Shown here in pieces: positions 51,207 to 64,000 of a stretch of DNA of 64,000 bases. Position 1 is the first letter of the stretch; each line of letters opens with the position of its first letter. The stretch spans positions 1-64,000 of the forward strand of contig JAXLNO010000363.1 in assembly GCA_038087875.1 (NCBI GenBank), in the 5' to 3' direction. This stretch comes from Malacoraja senta (Eukaryota). Made by a program: the position numbers and the translations under genes. Below the pieces are notes generated by a model. The model did not search any database. It was given only the letters and a program-made list of their open reading frames with translations, and was not told the origin of the DNA.

Positions 51207-54200
51207 CTGCACAAACAAGTCGGAGAGGTGCTTCTTGTCCGCCAACTTCTCAAACACTTTCCCCATCTCCTGGATCATGTGAGAGCCCTTATTTGGGTCC
51301 CGATATGCCACATAACCTGAAGAAGGATCAAGATCAACTTCAGGAAGCAAAACAATGCACACACATCGTAGAGTCACAGAGTGATACAGTGTGGAAACAG
51401 GCCTTCCTTCAGCCCAACTTGCCCACACCGCCCAACATGCCCCATCTACACTAGTCACAGAGTGATACAGTGTGGAAACAGGCCCTTCCTTCAGCCCAAA
51501 CTTGCCCACACCGCCCAACATGCCCCATCTACACTAGTCACAGAGTGATACAGTGTGGAAACAGGCCCTTCCTTCAGCCCAACTTGCCCACACCGGCCAA
51601 CATGCCCCATCTACACTAGTCACAGAGTGATACAGTGTGGAAACGGGCCCTCCGGCCCAACTTGCCCACACCGCCCAACATACCCCATCTACACCAGTCA
51701 CAGAGTGATACAGTGTGGAAACAGGCCCTTCAGCCCACACCGCCCAACATGCCCCATCTACACTAGTCACAGAGTGATACAGTGTGGAAACAGGCCCTTC
51801 CTTCAGCCCAACTTGCCCACACCGCCCAACATGTCCCATCTACACTAGTCCCACCTGCCTGCGCTTGGTCCATATCCCTCCAAACCTGTCCTATCCATGT
51901 ACCTGTCTATCTGTTTCTTAAATGTTGGGATAGTCCCAGCCTCAACTACCTCCTCCGGCAGCTCGTTCCATACAGCCACCGCCCACCTGTGTGGGAAAAG
52001 TTACCCCTCAGATTCCCATTAAATCTTTTCCCCTTCACCTTGAACCCGTGTCCTCTGGTCCTCGATTCCTCTACTCTGGGCAAGAGACTCTGTGCGTCTA
52101 CCCGATCGATTCCTCTCATGATTTTATACACCTATCTCCGGTGTCCTCCCACACTCCAAAAACGTGCAGGTTTGTAGGTTAATTAGCTTGGTTTCGGTGT
52201 AAATTGTCCATAGTGGGTCCTCTTGTTATGAAGGCCAACATGCCATTGTCTTTCTTCACTGCCTGCTGTACCTGCATGCTTACTTTCATAGACTGATGAA
52301 CAAGGACCCCCAGATCCCGTTGGAATTCCCCTTTTCCCAACTTGACTCCATTGGTCAGGGTGGGGTGAGGGGGGGTTAGAGTTTAAAGCGTGGAGGGCTA
52401 CATGTTTTTATGGGCCTGTCGTGGAGGTGAGGTGGCACAGGCCCTTCCTTCAGCCCAACTTGCCCACACCGACCAACATGCCCCATCTACACTAGTCCCA
52501 CCTGCCTGCGCTTGGCCATATCCCTCCAAACCCGTCCTATCCATGTACCTGTCTAACGTTGGGATAGTCCCAGCCTCAACTACCTCCTCTGGCAGCTCGT
52601 TCCATACACCTAGCACCCTCTGTGTGGGAAAAGTCACCCCTCAAATCGCTGTTAAATCTTTCCCCCTTCACCTTGAACCCGTGTCCTCTGGTCCTCGATT
52701 CCCCTACTCTGGGCAAGAGACTCTGTGCGTCTACCCGATCTATTCCCCTCATGATTTTATACATCTCTATAAGATCCATCACATTGTGGGACGTGGGGAT
52801 ATGGACCAAACGCAGGCAGGTGGGACTAGTGTAGATGGGACATGTTGGCCGGTGTGGGCAAGTTGGGCTGAAGGACCTGTTTCCGTGACTCTGGGACTAG
52901 TGTAGATGGGGCATGTTGGGCTAGTGTGGGCAAGTTGGGCCGAAGGGCCTGTTTCCGTGTCTCTGGGACTAGTGGAGATGGGGCATGTTGGTCGGTGTGG
53001 GCAAGTTGGGCCGAAGGAAGGGCCTGTTTCCACGCTGTATCACTCTGTGACTAGTGGAGATGGGGCATGTTGGTCGGTGTGGGCAAGTTGGGCCGAAGGA
53101 AGGGCCTGTTTCCACACTGTATCACTCTGGGACTAGTGTAGATGGGGCATGTTGGGCGGTGTGGGCAAGTTGGGCCGAAGGAAGGGCCTGTTTCGAACTG
53201 CGTAACTCTGTGATTCTAAATAAACGTGAGATGAATAAGCAGGAATGGGGAACTCACCTTTCCAGACGGATCGATGTGCTCAGTCACTTGGAAGTTTAAT
53301 TTGTTCAGGCAATTCCAGAGAGTTTTCCTATCAATGTCAGCTCCGCTCCTACCGTTTGCAATGCAGAGAATTAAGGCCTTTCTCAGTCGCGACATATCAT
53401 AACATCCCTCCTGTTCCAGAGACCAAGATGTATAGACGTCCAGGGCAGGGAGACAATAGACATAGACAATAGGTGCAGGAGTAGAGGCCATTCGGCCCTT
53501 CGAGCAAGCACCGCCATTCACTGCGATCATGGCTGATCGTCCCCAATCAATAACCCGTGCCTGCCTTCTCCCCATATCCCTTGATTCCACTAGCCCCTAG
53601 AGCTAAATCTAACTCTATCCTACACACACACTAGGGACAATTTACATTGATGCCAAGCCAATTAACCTGGAATAGAGACCCAGCCTACTCAACCTCTCCC
53701 TGTAGCTCACACCCTCTAGTCCCGGCAACATCCTCGTGAATCTTCTCTGCGCCCTTTCCAGCTTGACGACATCGTTCCTGTAACACGGTGCCCAGAACTG
53801 AACACAATACTCTAAATGCGGTCTCACCAACGTCTTGTACAACTGCAACGTGACCTCCCAACTTCTAGACTCAATACTCTGGCTGATGAAAGGCCAAAGT
53901 GCCAAAAGCCTTGTTGACCACCTTGTCTACCTGCGACTCGACCTTCAAGGAACCATGCACCTGTACTCCTAGATCCCTCTGCTCTACAACACTACCCAGA
54001 GGCCCAGAGACCATTCACTGTGTAGGTCCTGCCCTTAGATGTCCCAAAATACAACACCTCACACACATAACAAGAGGAGTCGAGTACAGGAGCAAAGATG
54101 TCCTTCTGCAGTTGTACAGGGCCCTAATGAGACCACACCTGGAGTATTGTGTACAGTTTTGGTCCCCTAATTTGAGGAAGGACATTCTTGCTATTGAGGG

Positions 54201-54826
54201 AGCCCAGCGTAGGTTCACCAGGTTAATTCCCGGGATGGCGGGACTGTCATATGCTGAGAGAATGGAGCGGCTGGGCTTGTACACTCTGGCGTTTAGAAGG
54301 ATGAGAGGGAATCTCATTGAAACATATAAGATTATTAAGGGTTTGGACACGCTAGAGGCAGGAAACATGTTCCCGATGTTGGGGGAGTCCTGAACCAGGG
54401 GCCACACACAGGTTAAGAATAAGGGGTCGGCCATTTAGAACGGAGACGAGGAAACACTTTTTCTCTCAGAGAGTGGTGAGTCTGTGGGATTCTCTGCCTC
54501 AGAGGGCGGTGGAGGCCGGTTCTCTGGATGCTTTCAAGAGAGAGCTAGATAGGGCTCTTAAAGATAGCGGAGTCAGGGGATATGGGGAGAAGGCAGGAAC
54601 GGGGTACTGATTGGGGATGATCAGCCATGATCACATTGAATGGTGGTGCTGGCTCGATGGGCCGAATGGCCTCTACTCCTGCACCTATTGTCTATTGTCT
54701 ATTAAATTCCATCGACCGTTCCGTGCTGCCTTACCTGGTCTTGTACCCCTGGGGCAGGTGTGGAGGGGGGGGTGGGAGCCTCATTGTCCAAGGTGGGGGC
54801 TCCAGGTATAGGTATGCTGTCTACAC
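51207..54826 (-). pseudogene. Caspase-14-like partial gene, copy 7 (all three exons open, canonical GT donor)
   Basis: Exons 54826-54735, 53410-53258 (EGCYDMSR..., AAG|gtgagt), 51316-51207. Confidence 0.85.
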
Positions 54827-57014
54827 CTGTGGGAGGAAAACCAGTGGTCACCTGTGTATCAATGGAGAGGGTGGGGGGGAGAGAGTGGGGGGAGAGCGGG
54901 GAGAGAGAGAGAAGGGGGAGGGGGAAAGGGGAAGAGAGGGGAGAGAGAGGGAGAGGGATGAGAGGGGGGAAGATGGGGAGAGAGGGGGGAAAGAGGGGAG
55001 AGAGGGAGAGGGAAAGAGGGGGAAAGAGAGGGGGAGAGAGAGGGGGAAGATGGGGAGAGAGGGGGGAGAGAGAAGGGAGAGAGAGGGGGGGAAACAGGGA
55101 GAAGGGAGGGGGGGAGAGGGAGTGAGAGAAGGGGGAGAGAGAGAGGGGAGAGGGAGGAGAGAGGGGGGAAATATGGGGAGAGAAGGGGGGAGAGATGGGG
55201 AGCGAAGGGGAGAGAGAGAGGGAGAGTGAGAGAAGGGGAAAGAGAGGGGGAGAGAGGAGAGATAGAGGGTTGAGATAGAGAGAGGGGGAGAGAGAGAGGG
55301 GGAAAGGGGGAGAGAAGGGGGAGAGAGAGGGGGGAAGATGGGGAGAGAAGGGGGGAGAGAGAGAGGGGGAAAGATGGGGAGACAGTGGGGGGAGTGAGAG
55401 GGGAGAGGCAGAGAGAGAGAAAGGGAGAGAGAAGGGGGAAAGAGAGAGGAGAGAGGGGTGGAATAAGAGGGGAGAGAGAGGGGATTAGAGGGAGGGAGTG
55501 GCCTCTGTTATAAACTGGCATCGATCCAGGTTTGTGTTTAAACAGATGGATTTTTCACCGAGTCCATCTGTCGCAGCGAGTTCCCATAAAATACTTCACC
55601 TGGAGTATTGTGTACAGTTTTGGTCTCCTAATTTGAGGAAGGACATCCTTGTGATTGAGGCAGTGCAGCGTAGGTTCACCAGATTGATCCCTGGGATGGC
55701 GGGACTGTCATATGAGGAAAGAATGAAAAGACTGGGCTTGTATTCACTGGCGTTTAGACGGATGGGGGGGGGGATCTTATAGAAACATATAAAATTATAA
55801 AAGGACTGGACAAGCTAGATGCAGGAAAAATGTTCCCAATGTTGGGCGAGTCCAGAACCAGGGGCCACACAGTCTTAGAATAAAGGGGAGGCTATTTAAG
55901 ACTGAGGTGAGAAAAAACGTTTTCACCCAGAGAGTTGTGAATCTGTGGCCATTTGGGACTGAGATGAGGAGAAACTTTTCCACCCAGAGAGTTGTGAATT
56001 TGTGGAATTCCCTGCTGCCACAGAGGGCAGTGGAGGCCAAGTCACTGGATGGATTTAAGAGAGAGTTAGATAGAGCTCTAGGGGCTAGTGGAGTCAAGGG
56101 ATATGGGGAGAAGGCAGGCACGGGTTATTGATTGGGGACGATCAGCCGTGATCACAATGAATGGCGGTGCTGGCTGGAAGGGCCGAATGGCCTCCTCCTG
56201 CACCTATTGTCTATGTTTCTATGACTGTAGACTCCTACCTCACCAGGGACTAACGTTACTGAACCATTTTACTGTGGTGTCTTTTTAAAATTGCTGTTTT
56301 TCCCTTTTGTTCCCCTCCCACAAATATGTAATATGTGAATATTCTGTTTGTAGTTTGTCTGTTTGTCTTTTGCACAATTCCCGCGAGCATCGACACTTTT
56401 AATTTCACTGCCCACCTCGTATGTGTGTGGGTGACCAATAGACTGGACCTAGAATTTAGCTGGAATTTAGAAGATTGAGGGGGGATCTTATAGAAACTTA
56501 CAAGATTCTTAAGGGGTTGGACAGGTTAAATGCAGGAAGATTGTTCCTGATGTTGGGGAAGTCCAGGACAAGGGGTCACACGGTTTAAGGATAAGGGGGA
56601 AGTCTTTTAGGACCGAGATTTTTCACACAGAGAGTGGTGAATCTGTGGAATTCTCTGCCACAGAAGGTAGTTGAGGCCAGTTCATTGGCTATATTTAAGA
56701 GGGAGTTAGATGTGGCCCTTGTGGGTAAAGGGATCAGGGGGTATGGAGAGAAGGCAGGTACGGGATACTGAGTTGGATGATCAGCCATGATCATATTGAA
56801 TGGCGGTGCAGGCTCGAAGGGCCGAATGGCCTCTACTCCTGCACCTATTGTCTATGTTTCTATGTTTCTATGACCTGACTTGACTTGCCGAGCTTTATGT
56901 GGCCACTGTTTGGATAACTTTGGGTATCGAAAGCAAAGTGTCACCCTGACTCGATTTCTTGGAAAATACATCCCCTTTATCGGATTCAGGACGGGTGGGG
57001 CAGAGACAGAGAGG

Positions 57015-57069
<55 letters not shown>

Positions 57070-57353
57070 GGGGAAGGGAGAAGGGGAGAGAGGAGAGGGA
57101 GAGAAAGCATTTTGGCCTTTTTTCCTCACTTTTTGGTGACAAATCTTCCACTTTTCAATTGTCTACAGATCTCAAGAATACGATCCCGGATCTCGCAGGC
57201 AGACAGGCAATGAACGGAGAATTGCGGTGTGGTGAGTGAATACACACAGTCACACACACACACACGCACACACACACACACACACAGTCCTAAACAGGGT
57301 GGGGAATGTGTGCAGGGAGAGAGAGAGAGAGAGAGAGAGAGAGGCAGGCTCCC

Positions 57354-57404
<51 letters not shown>

Positions 57405-58600
57405 ACACACACACACACCCTGAGCCTAGTGACCAGGGACTTTGATATGCCCCTTGAACTCCAGGGCCGAACCAGTCTGTCTGTCCCACAGAGCTTTTCC
57501 AATTTGACCAAATCTCACAGCAAAACCCGTTTTGAAGTCCAATAGCCATTAAGCCCATACATAACATGCATTTCCCTCACCCAACGATACAACAATTCAA
57601 TTTCATCGTATTCACAGCCGACTCGAAGGGGAAGTCGACTTGGAAACATTTACCCTGATGAACAGAAGCCACACACAAGGCTCAACCGCCCCATCCAATT
57701 AACACTTAGCAGAGTCACACTCTGCAACATTACTTTCAACCTATTTACAAGGTGAATGTCCAGGTTTTTGCACACATCCAATCCACTCTATGCATTTGAC
57801 AGTATTTGCAAGGCTTCCCATTCTCTGCATGCAAATTGCATCTAAGTTCCAGATTCCCAGGCATCTCTCGGAGCCTGTCTGTCTGTCTGTCTGTCCCAGA
57901 GAGCTTTTCCCATTTGACCAAATCTCACAGCAAACCCCGTTTTGAAGTCCAAACACTCTTCTCCTCCTCCTCCTCCTCCTCAGACGGACAAAGGTTGTGC
58001 AGGTGGACTGAAGGTGTGGTGAGTGAGAGAGGGTAGAGAGAGGCTACAGTGGTAGCCGGGGAGGTGAAATATCCCAATATCTATCCAAAAAGATATCTAT
58101 TATATTATTGTAATATATATTAATCAAAGATTGATTGATTGATTGATCGATAGATAGATAGAGATGGAGAAATACTGCTCAAAACAGGAGAGAGTGTGTG
58201 TGTGTGAGAGAGGGAGGGAGGGAGGGAGAAAGGGGAGAGAATTGAGATTTGAACATTGTTCAGCTTTTCTCCACACATCACGCAGCAAAGTCTCTCTGAC
58301 CTGGATCCTAGAGAGAGAGAGAGAGAGAGAGAGGGGGGCAATGAAGGGGGTAAAACATACTGTGCTGAGTTGAGCAAAGTTTAATAGTTACAGGGGATGA
58401 AAGTACAAATTGGCAGAGGGAGGGAGAGAGAGAGAGAGAGAGAGAAAGCATTTTGGCCTTTTTTCCTCACTTTTTGGTGACAAATATTCCACTTTTTAAT
58501 TGTCTACAGATCTCAAGAATACGATCCCGGATCTCGCAGGCAGACAGGCAATGAACGGAGAATTCCGGTGTGGTGAGTGAAAACACACAGTCACACACAC

Positions 58601-58655
<55 letters not shown>

Positions 58656-59256
58656 CCTAAACAGGGTGGGGAATGTGTGCAGGCAGAGAGAGAGAGAGAG
58701 AGAGAGGCAGGCTCCCTAATCTCTCAAATCGCTGTTAAATCTTTCCCCCTTCACCTTGAACCCGTGTCCTCTGGTCCTCGATTCCCCTACTCTGGGCAAG
58801 AGACTCTGTGCGTCTACCCGATCTATTCCCCTCATGATTTTATACATCTCTATAAGATCCATCACATTGTGGGACGTGGGGATATGGACCAAACGCAGGC
58901 AGGTGGGACTAGTGTAGATGGGACATGTTGGCCGGTGTGGGCAAGTTGGGCTGAAGGACCTGTTTCCGTGACTCTGGGACTAGTGTAGATGGGGCATGTT
59001 GGGCTAGTGTGGGCAAGTTGGGCCGAAGGGCCTGTTTCCGTGACTCTGGGACTAGTGTAGATGGGACATGTTGGCCGGTGTGGGCAAGTTGGGCCGAAGG
59101 AAGGGCCTGTTTCCACACTGTATCACTCTGTGACTAGTGTAGATGGGGCATGTTGGGCGGTGTGGGCAAGTTGGGCCAAAGGAAGGGCCTGTTTCGAACT
59201 GCGTAACTGTGATTCTAAATAAACGTGAGATGAATAAGCAGGAATGGGGAACTCAC

Positions 59257-60837
59257 CTTTCCAGACGGATCGATGTGCTCAGTCACTTGGAAGTTTAATT
59301 TGTTCAGGCAATCCCAGAGAGTTTTCCTATCAATGTCAGCTCCGCTCCTACCGTTTGCAATGCAGAGAATTAAGGCCTTTCTCAGTCGCGACATATCATA
59401 CTCTCCCTCCTGTTCCAGAGACCAAGATTTTCACACAGTCAGTACAGACGTCCAGGGCAGGGAGACAATAGACATAGACAATAGGTGCAGGAGTAGAGGC
59501 CATTCGGCCCTTCGAGCAAGCACCGCCATTCACTGCGATCATGGCTGATCGTCCCCAATCAATAACCCGTGCCTGCCTTCTCCCCATATCCCTTGATTCC
59601 ACTAGCCCCTAGAGCTAAATCTAACTCTATCCTACACACACACTAGGGACAATTTACATTGATGCCAAGCCAATTAACCTGGAATAGAGACCCAGCCTAC
59701 TCAACCTCTCCCTGTAGCTCACACCCTCTAGTCCCGGCAACATCCTCGTGAATCTTCTCTGCGCCCTTTCCAGCTCGACGACATCGTTCCTGTAACACGG
59801 TGCCCAGAACTGAACACAATACTCTAAATGCGGTCTCACCAACGTCTTGTACAACTGCAACGTGACCTCCCAACTTCTAGACTCAATACTCTTGACTGAT
59901 GAAAGGCCAAAGTGCCAAAAGCCTTGTTGACCACCTTGTCTACCTGCGACTCGACCTTCAAGGAACCATGCACCTGTACTCCTAGATCCCTCTGCTCTAC
60001 AACACTACCCAGAGGCCGACCATTCACTGTGTAGGTCCTGCCCTTAGATGTCCCAAAATACAACACCTCACACACATAACAAGAGGAGTCGAGTACAGGA
60101 GCAAAGATGTCCTTCTGCAGTTGTACAGGGCCCTAATGAGACCACACCTGGAGTATTGTGTACAGTTTTGGTCCCCTAATTTGAGGAAGGACATTCTTGC
60201 TATTGAGGGAGCCCAGCGTAGGTTCACCAGGTTAATTCACGGGATGGCGGGACTGTCATATGCTGAGAGAATGGAGCGGCTGGGCTTGTACACTCTGGCG
60301 TTTAGAAGGATGAGAGGGAATCTCATTGAAACATATAAGATTATTAAGGGTTTGGACACGCTAGAGGCAGGAAACATGTTCCCGATGTTGGGGGAGTCCT
60401 GAACCAGGGGCCACACACAGGTTAAGAATAAGGGGTCGGCCATTTAGAACGGAGACGAGGAAACACTTTTTCTCACAGAGAGTGGTGAGTCTGTGGGATT
60501 CTCTGCCTCAGAGGGCGGTGGAGGCCGGTTCTCTGGATGCTTTCAAGAGAGAGCTAGATAGGGCTCTTAAAGATAGCGGAGTCAGGGGATATGGGGAGAC
60601 GGCAGGAACGGGGTACTGATTGGGGATGATCAGCCATGATCACATTGAATGGTGGTGCTGGCTCGATGGGCCGAATGGCCTCTACTCCTGCACCTATTGT
60701 CTATTGTCTATTAAATTCCATCGACCGTTCCGTGCTGCCTTACCTGGTCTTGTACCCCTGGGGCAGGTGTGGAGGGGGGGGGGTGGGAGCCTCATTGTCC
60801 AAGGTGGGGGCTCCAGGTATAGGTATGCTGTCTACAC
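59257..60837 (-). pseudogene. Caspase-14-like partial gene, copy 8 (p10 exon removed by the deletion at ~58724)
   Basis: Exons 60837-60744 (94 nt) and 59409-59257 (GT donor). Confidence 0.82.
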
Positions 60838-63331
60838 CTGTGGGAGGAAAACCAGTGGTCACCTGTGTATCAATGGAGAGGGTGGGGGGAGAGAGTGGGG
60901 GGAGAGCGGGGAGAGAGAGAGAAGGGGGAGGGGGAAAGGGGAAGAGAGGGGAGAGAGAGGGAGAGGGATGAGAGGGGGGGAAGATGGGGAGAGAGGGGGG
61001 AAAGAGGGGAGAGAGGGAGAGGGAAAGAGGGGGAGAGAGAGGGGGAAGATGGGGAGAGAGGGGGGAGAGAGAAGGGAGAGAGAGGGGGGGAAACAGGGAG
61101 AAGGGAGGGGGAGAGAGGGAGTGAGAGAAGGGGGAGAGAGAGAGGGGAGAGGGAGGAGAGAGGGGGGAAATATGGGGAGAGAAGGGGGGAGAGATGGGGA
61201 GCGAAGGGGAGAGAGAGAGGGAGAGTGAGAGAAGGGGAAAGAGAGGGGGAGAGAGGAGAGATAGAGGGTTGAGATAGAGAGAGGGGGAGAGAGAGAGGGG
61301 GAAAGATGGGGAGAGAAGGGGGAGAGAGAGGGGGAAGATGGGGAGAGAAGGGGGAGAGAGAGAGGGGGAAAGATGGGGAGACAGTGGGGGGAGTGAGAGG
61401 GGAGAGGCAGAGAGAGAGAAAGGGAGAGAGAAGGGGGAAAGAGAGAGGAGAGAGGGGTGGAATAAGAGGGGAGAGAGAGGGGATTAGAGGGAGGGAGTGG
61501 CCTCTGTTATAAACTGGCATCGATCCAGGTTTGTGTTTAAACAGATGGATTTTTCACCGAGTCCATCTGTCGCAGCGAGTTCCCATAAAATACTTCACCT
61601 GGAGTATTGTGTACAGTTTTGGTCTCCTAATTTGAGGAAGGACATCCTTGTGATTGAGGGCAGTGCAGCGTAGGTTCACCAGATTGATCCCTGGGATGGC
61701 GGGACTGTCATATGAGGAAAGAATGAAAAGACTGGGCTTGTATTCACTGGCGTTTAGACGGATGGGGGGAGGGGGGGATCTTATAGAAACATATAAAATT
61801 ATAAAAGGACTGGACAAGCTAGATGCAGGAAAAATGTTCCCAATGTTGGGCGAGTCCAGAACCAGGGGCCACACAGTCTTAGAATAAAGGGGAGGCTATT
61901 TAAGACTGAGGTGAGAAAAAACTTTTCACCCAGAGAGTTGTGAATCTGTGGCCATTTGGGACTGAGATGAGGAGAGACTTTTCCACCCAGAGAGTTGTGT
62001 GAATTTGTGGAATTCCCTGCTGCCACAGAGGGCAGTGGAGGCCAAGTCACTGGATGGATTTAAGAGAGAGTTAGATAGAGCTCTAGGGGCTAGTGGAGTC
62101 AAGGGATATGGGGAGAAGGCAGGCACGGGTTATTGATTGGGGACGATCAGCCGTGATCACAATGAATGGCGGTGCTGGCTGGAAGGGCCGAATGGCCTCC
62201 TCCTGCACCTATTGTCTATGTTTCTATGACTGTAGACTCCTACCTCACCAGGGACTAACGTTACTGAACCATTTTACTGTGGTGTCTTTTTAAAATTGCT
62301 GTTTTTCCCTTTTGTTCCCCTCCCACAAATATGTAATATGTGAATATTCTGTTTGTAGTTTGTCTGTTTGTCTTTTGCACAATTCCCGCGAGCATCGACA
62401 CTTTTAATTTCACTGCCCACCTCGTATGTGTGTGGGTGACCAATAGACTGGACCTAGAATTTAGCTGGAATTTAGAAGATTGAGGGGGGATCTTATAGAA
62501 ACTTACAAGATTCTTAAGGGGTTGGACAGGTTAAATGCAGGAAGATTGTTCCTGATGTTGGGGAAGTCCAGGACAAGGGGTCACACAGTTTAAGGATAAG
62601 GGGGAAGTCTTTTAGGACCGAGATTTTTCACACAGAGAGTGGTGAATCTGTGGAATTCTCTGCCACAGAAGGTAGTTGAGGCCAGTTCATTGGCTATATT
62701 TAAGAGGGAGTTAGATGTGGCCCTTGTGGCTAAAGGGATCAGGGGGTATGGAGAGAAGGCAGGGACGGGATACTGAGTTGGATGATCAGCCATGATCATA
62801 TTGAATGGCGGTGCAGGCTCGAAGGGCCGAATGGCCTACTCCTGCACCTGTTGTCTATGTATCTCTGTATCTATGTAAACTAGTGTGTGAACGGGCGATA
62901 AAAAGGGAATAGGTGAAGCAGGGAGAGAAAGGCGAGAGTTTGGGGCCTGTTTCAAGATGGCCGACTTTTGCCTCCTGTTTCTGTGTTGTATCTCTGAACT
63001 AAACTAAACTAGTGTGTGAACGGGCGATCGCTGGTCGGCTAGCACGGACCCGGTGGGCCGAAGGGCCCATTTCCGCGCTGTATCTCTGAAGTAAAAAGGG
63101 AATAGTTGAAGCAGGGAGAGGAGGGCGATAGTTTGGGGCCTGGTTCAAGATGGCCGACTTTTGCCTCCTGTTTCCGCGCTGTATCTCTAAACTAAACTAG
63201 TGTGTGAACGGGCGATCGCTGGTCGGCTAGCACGGACCCGGTGGGGCCGAAGGGCTGTTTCCGCGCTGTATCTCTAAACTAAACTATAACCGCTGTTCCT
63301 TGTGACGGCCAGTTTAAACGTCATGCCTCAC

Positions 63332-63441
63332 CTGCACAAACAAGTCGGAGAGGTGCTTCTTGTCCGCCAACTTCTCAAACACTTTCCCCATCTCCTGGAT
63401 CATGTGAGAGCCCTTATTTGGGTCCCGATATGCCACATAAC
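63332..63441 (-). pseudogene. Caspase-14-like p10 exon of copy 9 (remainder presumably beyond the window)
   Basis: Same 110-nt exon with cag/gtgagg boundaries. Confidence 0.85.
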
Positions 63442-64000
63442 CTGAAGAAGGATCAAGATCAACTTCAGGAAGCAAAACAATGCACACACATCGTAGAGTC
63501 ACAGAGTGATACAGTGTGGAAACAGGCCCTTCCTTCAGCCCAACTTGCCCACACCGCCCAACATGCCCCATCTACACTAGTCACAGAGTGGTACAGTGTG
63601 GAAACAGGCCCTTCCTTCAGCCCAACTTGCCCACACCGGCCAACATGCCCCATCTACACTAGTCATAGAGTGATACAGTGTGGAAACAGGCCCTTCCTTC
63701 AGCCCAACTTGCCCACACCGCCCAACATGCCCCATCTACACTAGTCACAGAGTGGTACAGTGTGGAAACAGGCCCTTCCTTCAGCCCAACTTGCCCACAC
63801 CGCCCAACATGCCCCATCTACACTAGTCACAGAGTGATACAGTGTGGAAACAGGCCCTTCCTTCAGCCCAACTTGCCCACACCGCCCAACATGCCCCATC
63901 TACACTAGTCACAGAGTGATACAGTGTGGAAACAGGCCCTTCCTTCAGCCCAACTTGCCCACACCGACCAACATGCCCCATCTACACTAGTCACAGAGTG

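Larger units (their letters stand above)
1..64000 (+). repeat. Macrosatellite / tandem segmental duplication of a ~8.7-9.0 kb unit: 7 near-full units, 1 internally deleted unit, and partial units at both window edges
   Basis: The junction GGAGG|TCTTATGGGG recurs at 619, 9505, 17171, 26204, 35214, 43955 and 50379 (spacings 8886, 7666, 9033, 9010, 8741, and 6424 across the gap). Near-identical ORFs recur with the same period. Confidence 0.98.

Noticed and set aside
1..64000. rDNA, 5S, tRNA, snRNA or histone tandem gene array
   Set aside because: No such sequences were recognised in the unit.

Overview
Vertebrate genomic DNA, most likely from a cartilaginous fish (skate or ray); this is inferred from the CR1/HER1-like LINE and HE1-like SINE content and is not confirmed. 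The whole window is a head-to-tail macrosatellite of a ~8.7-9.0 kb unit. Unit starts are at 619, 9505, 17171, 26204, 35214, 43955 and 50379, with rearranged units at ~58725 and ~62700 and a 200-N gap at 47704-47903. Most listed ORFs are CR1 fragments or microsatellite read-through. Each complete unit carries three minus-strand exons of a caspase-14/-15/-16-like gene: a 92-nt Pro-rich linker exon, a 153-nt p20 N-terminal exon (EGEYDMSRLRKALILCIANGRSGADID...DPSGK) and a 110-nt p10 exon (GYVAYRDPNKGSHMIQEMGKVFEKLADKKHLSDLFVQ). The catalytic His-Gly/QACRG exon, the exon after it and the terminal exon are not recognisable in any unit, so this is an amplified, catalytically dead caspase module. Units differ by VNTR copy number, repeat-mediated deletions and mosaic variants. 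Short exon-like segments on the + strand suggest a possible antisense transcript.
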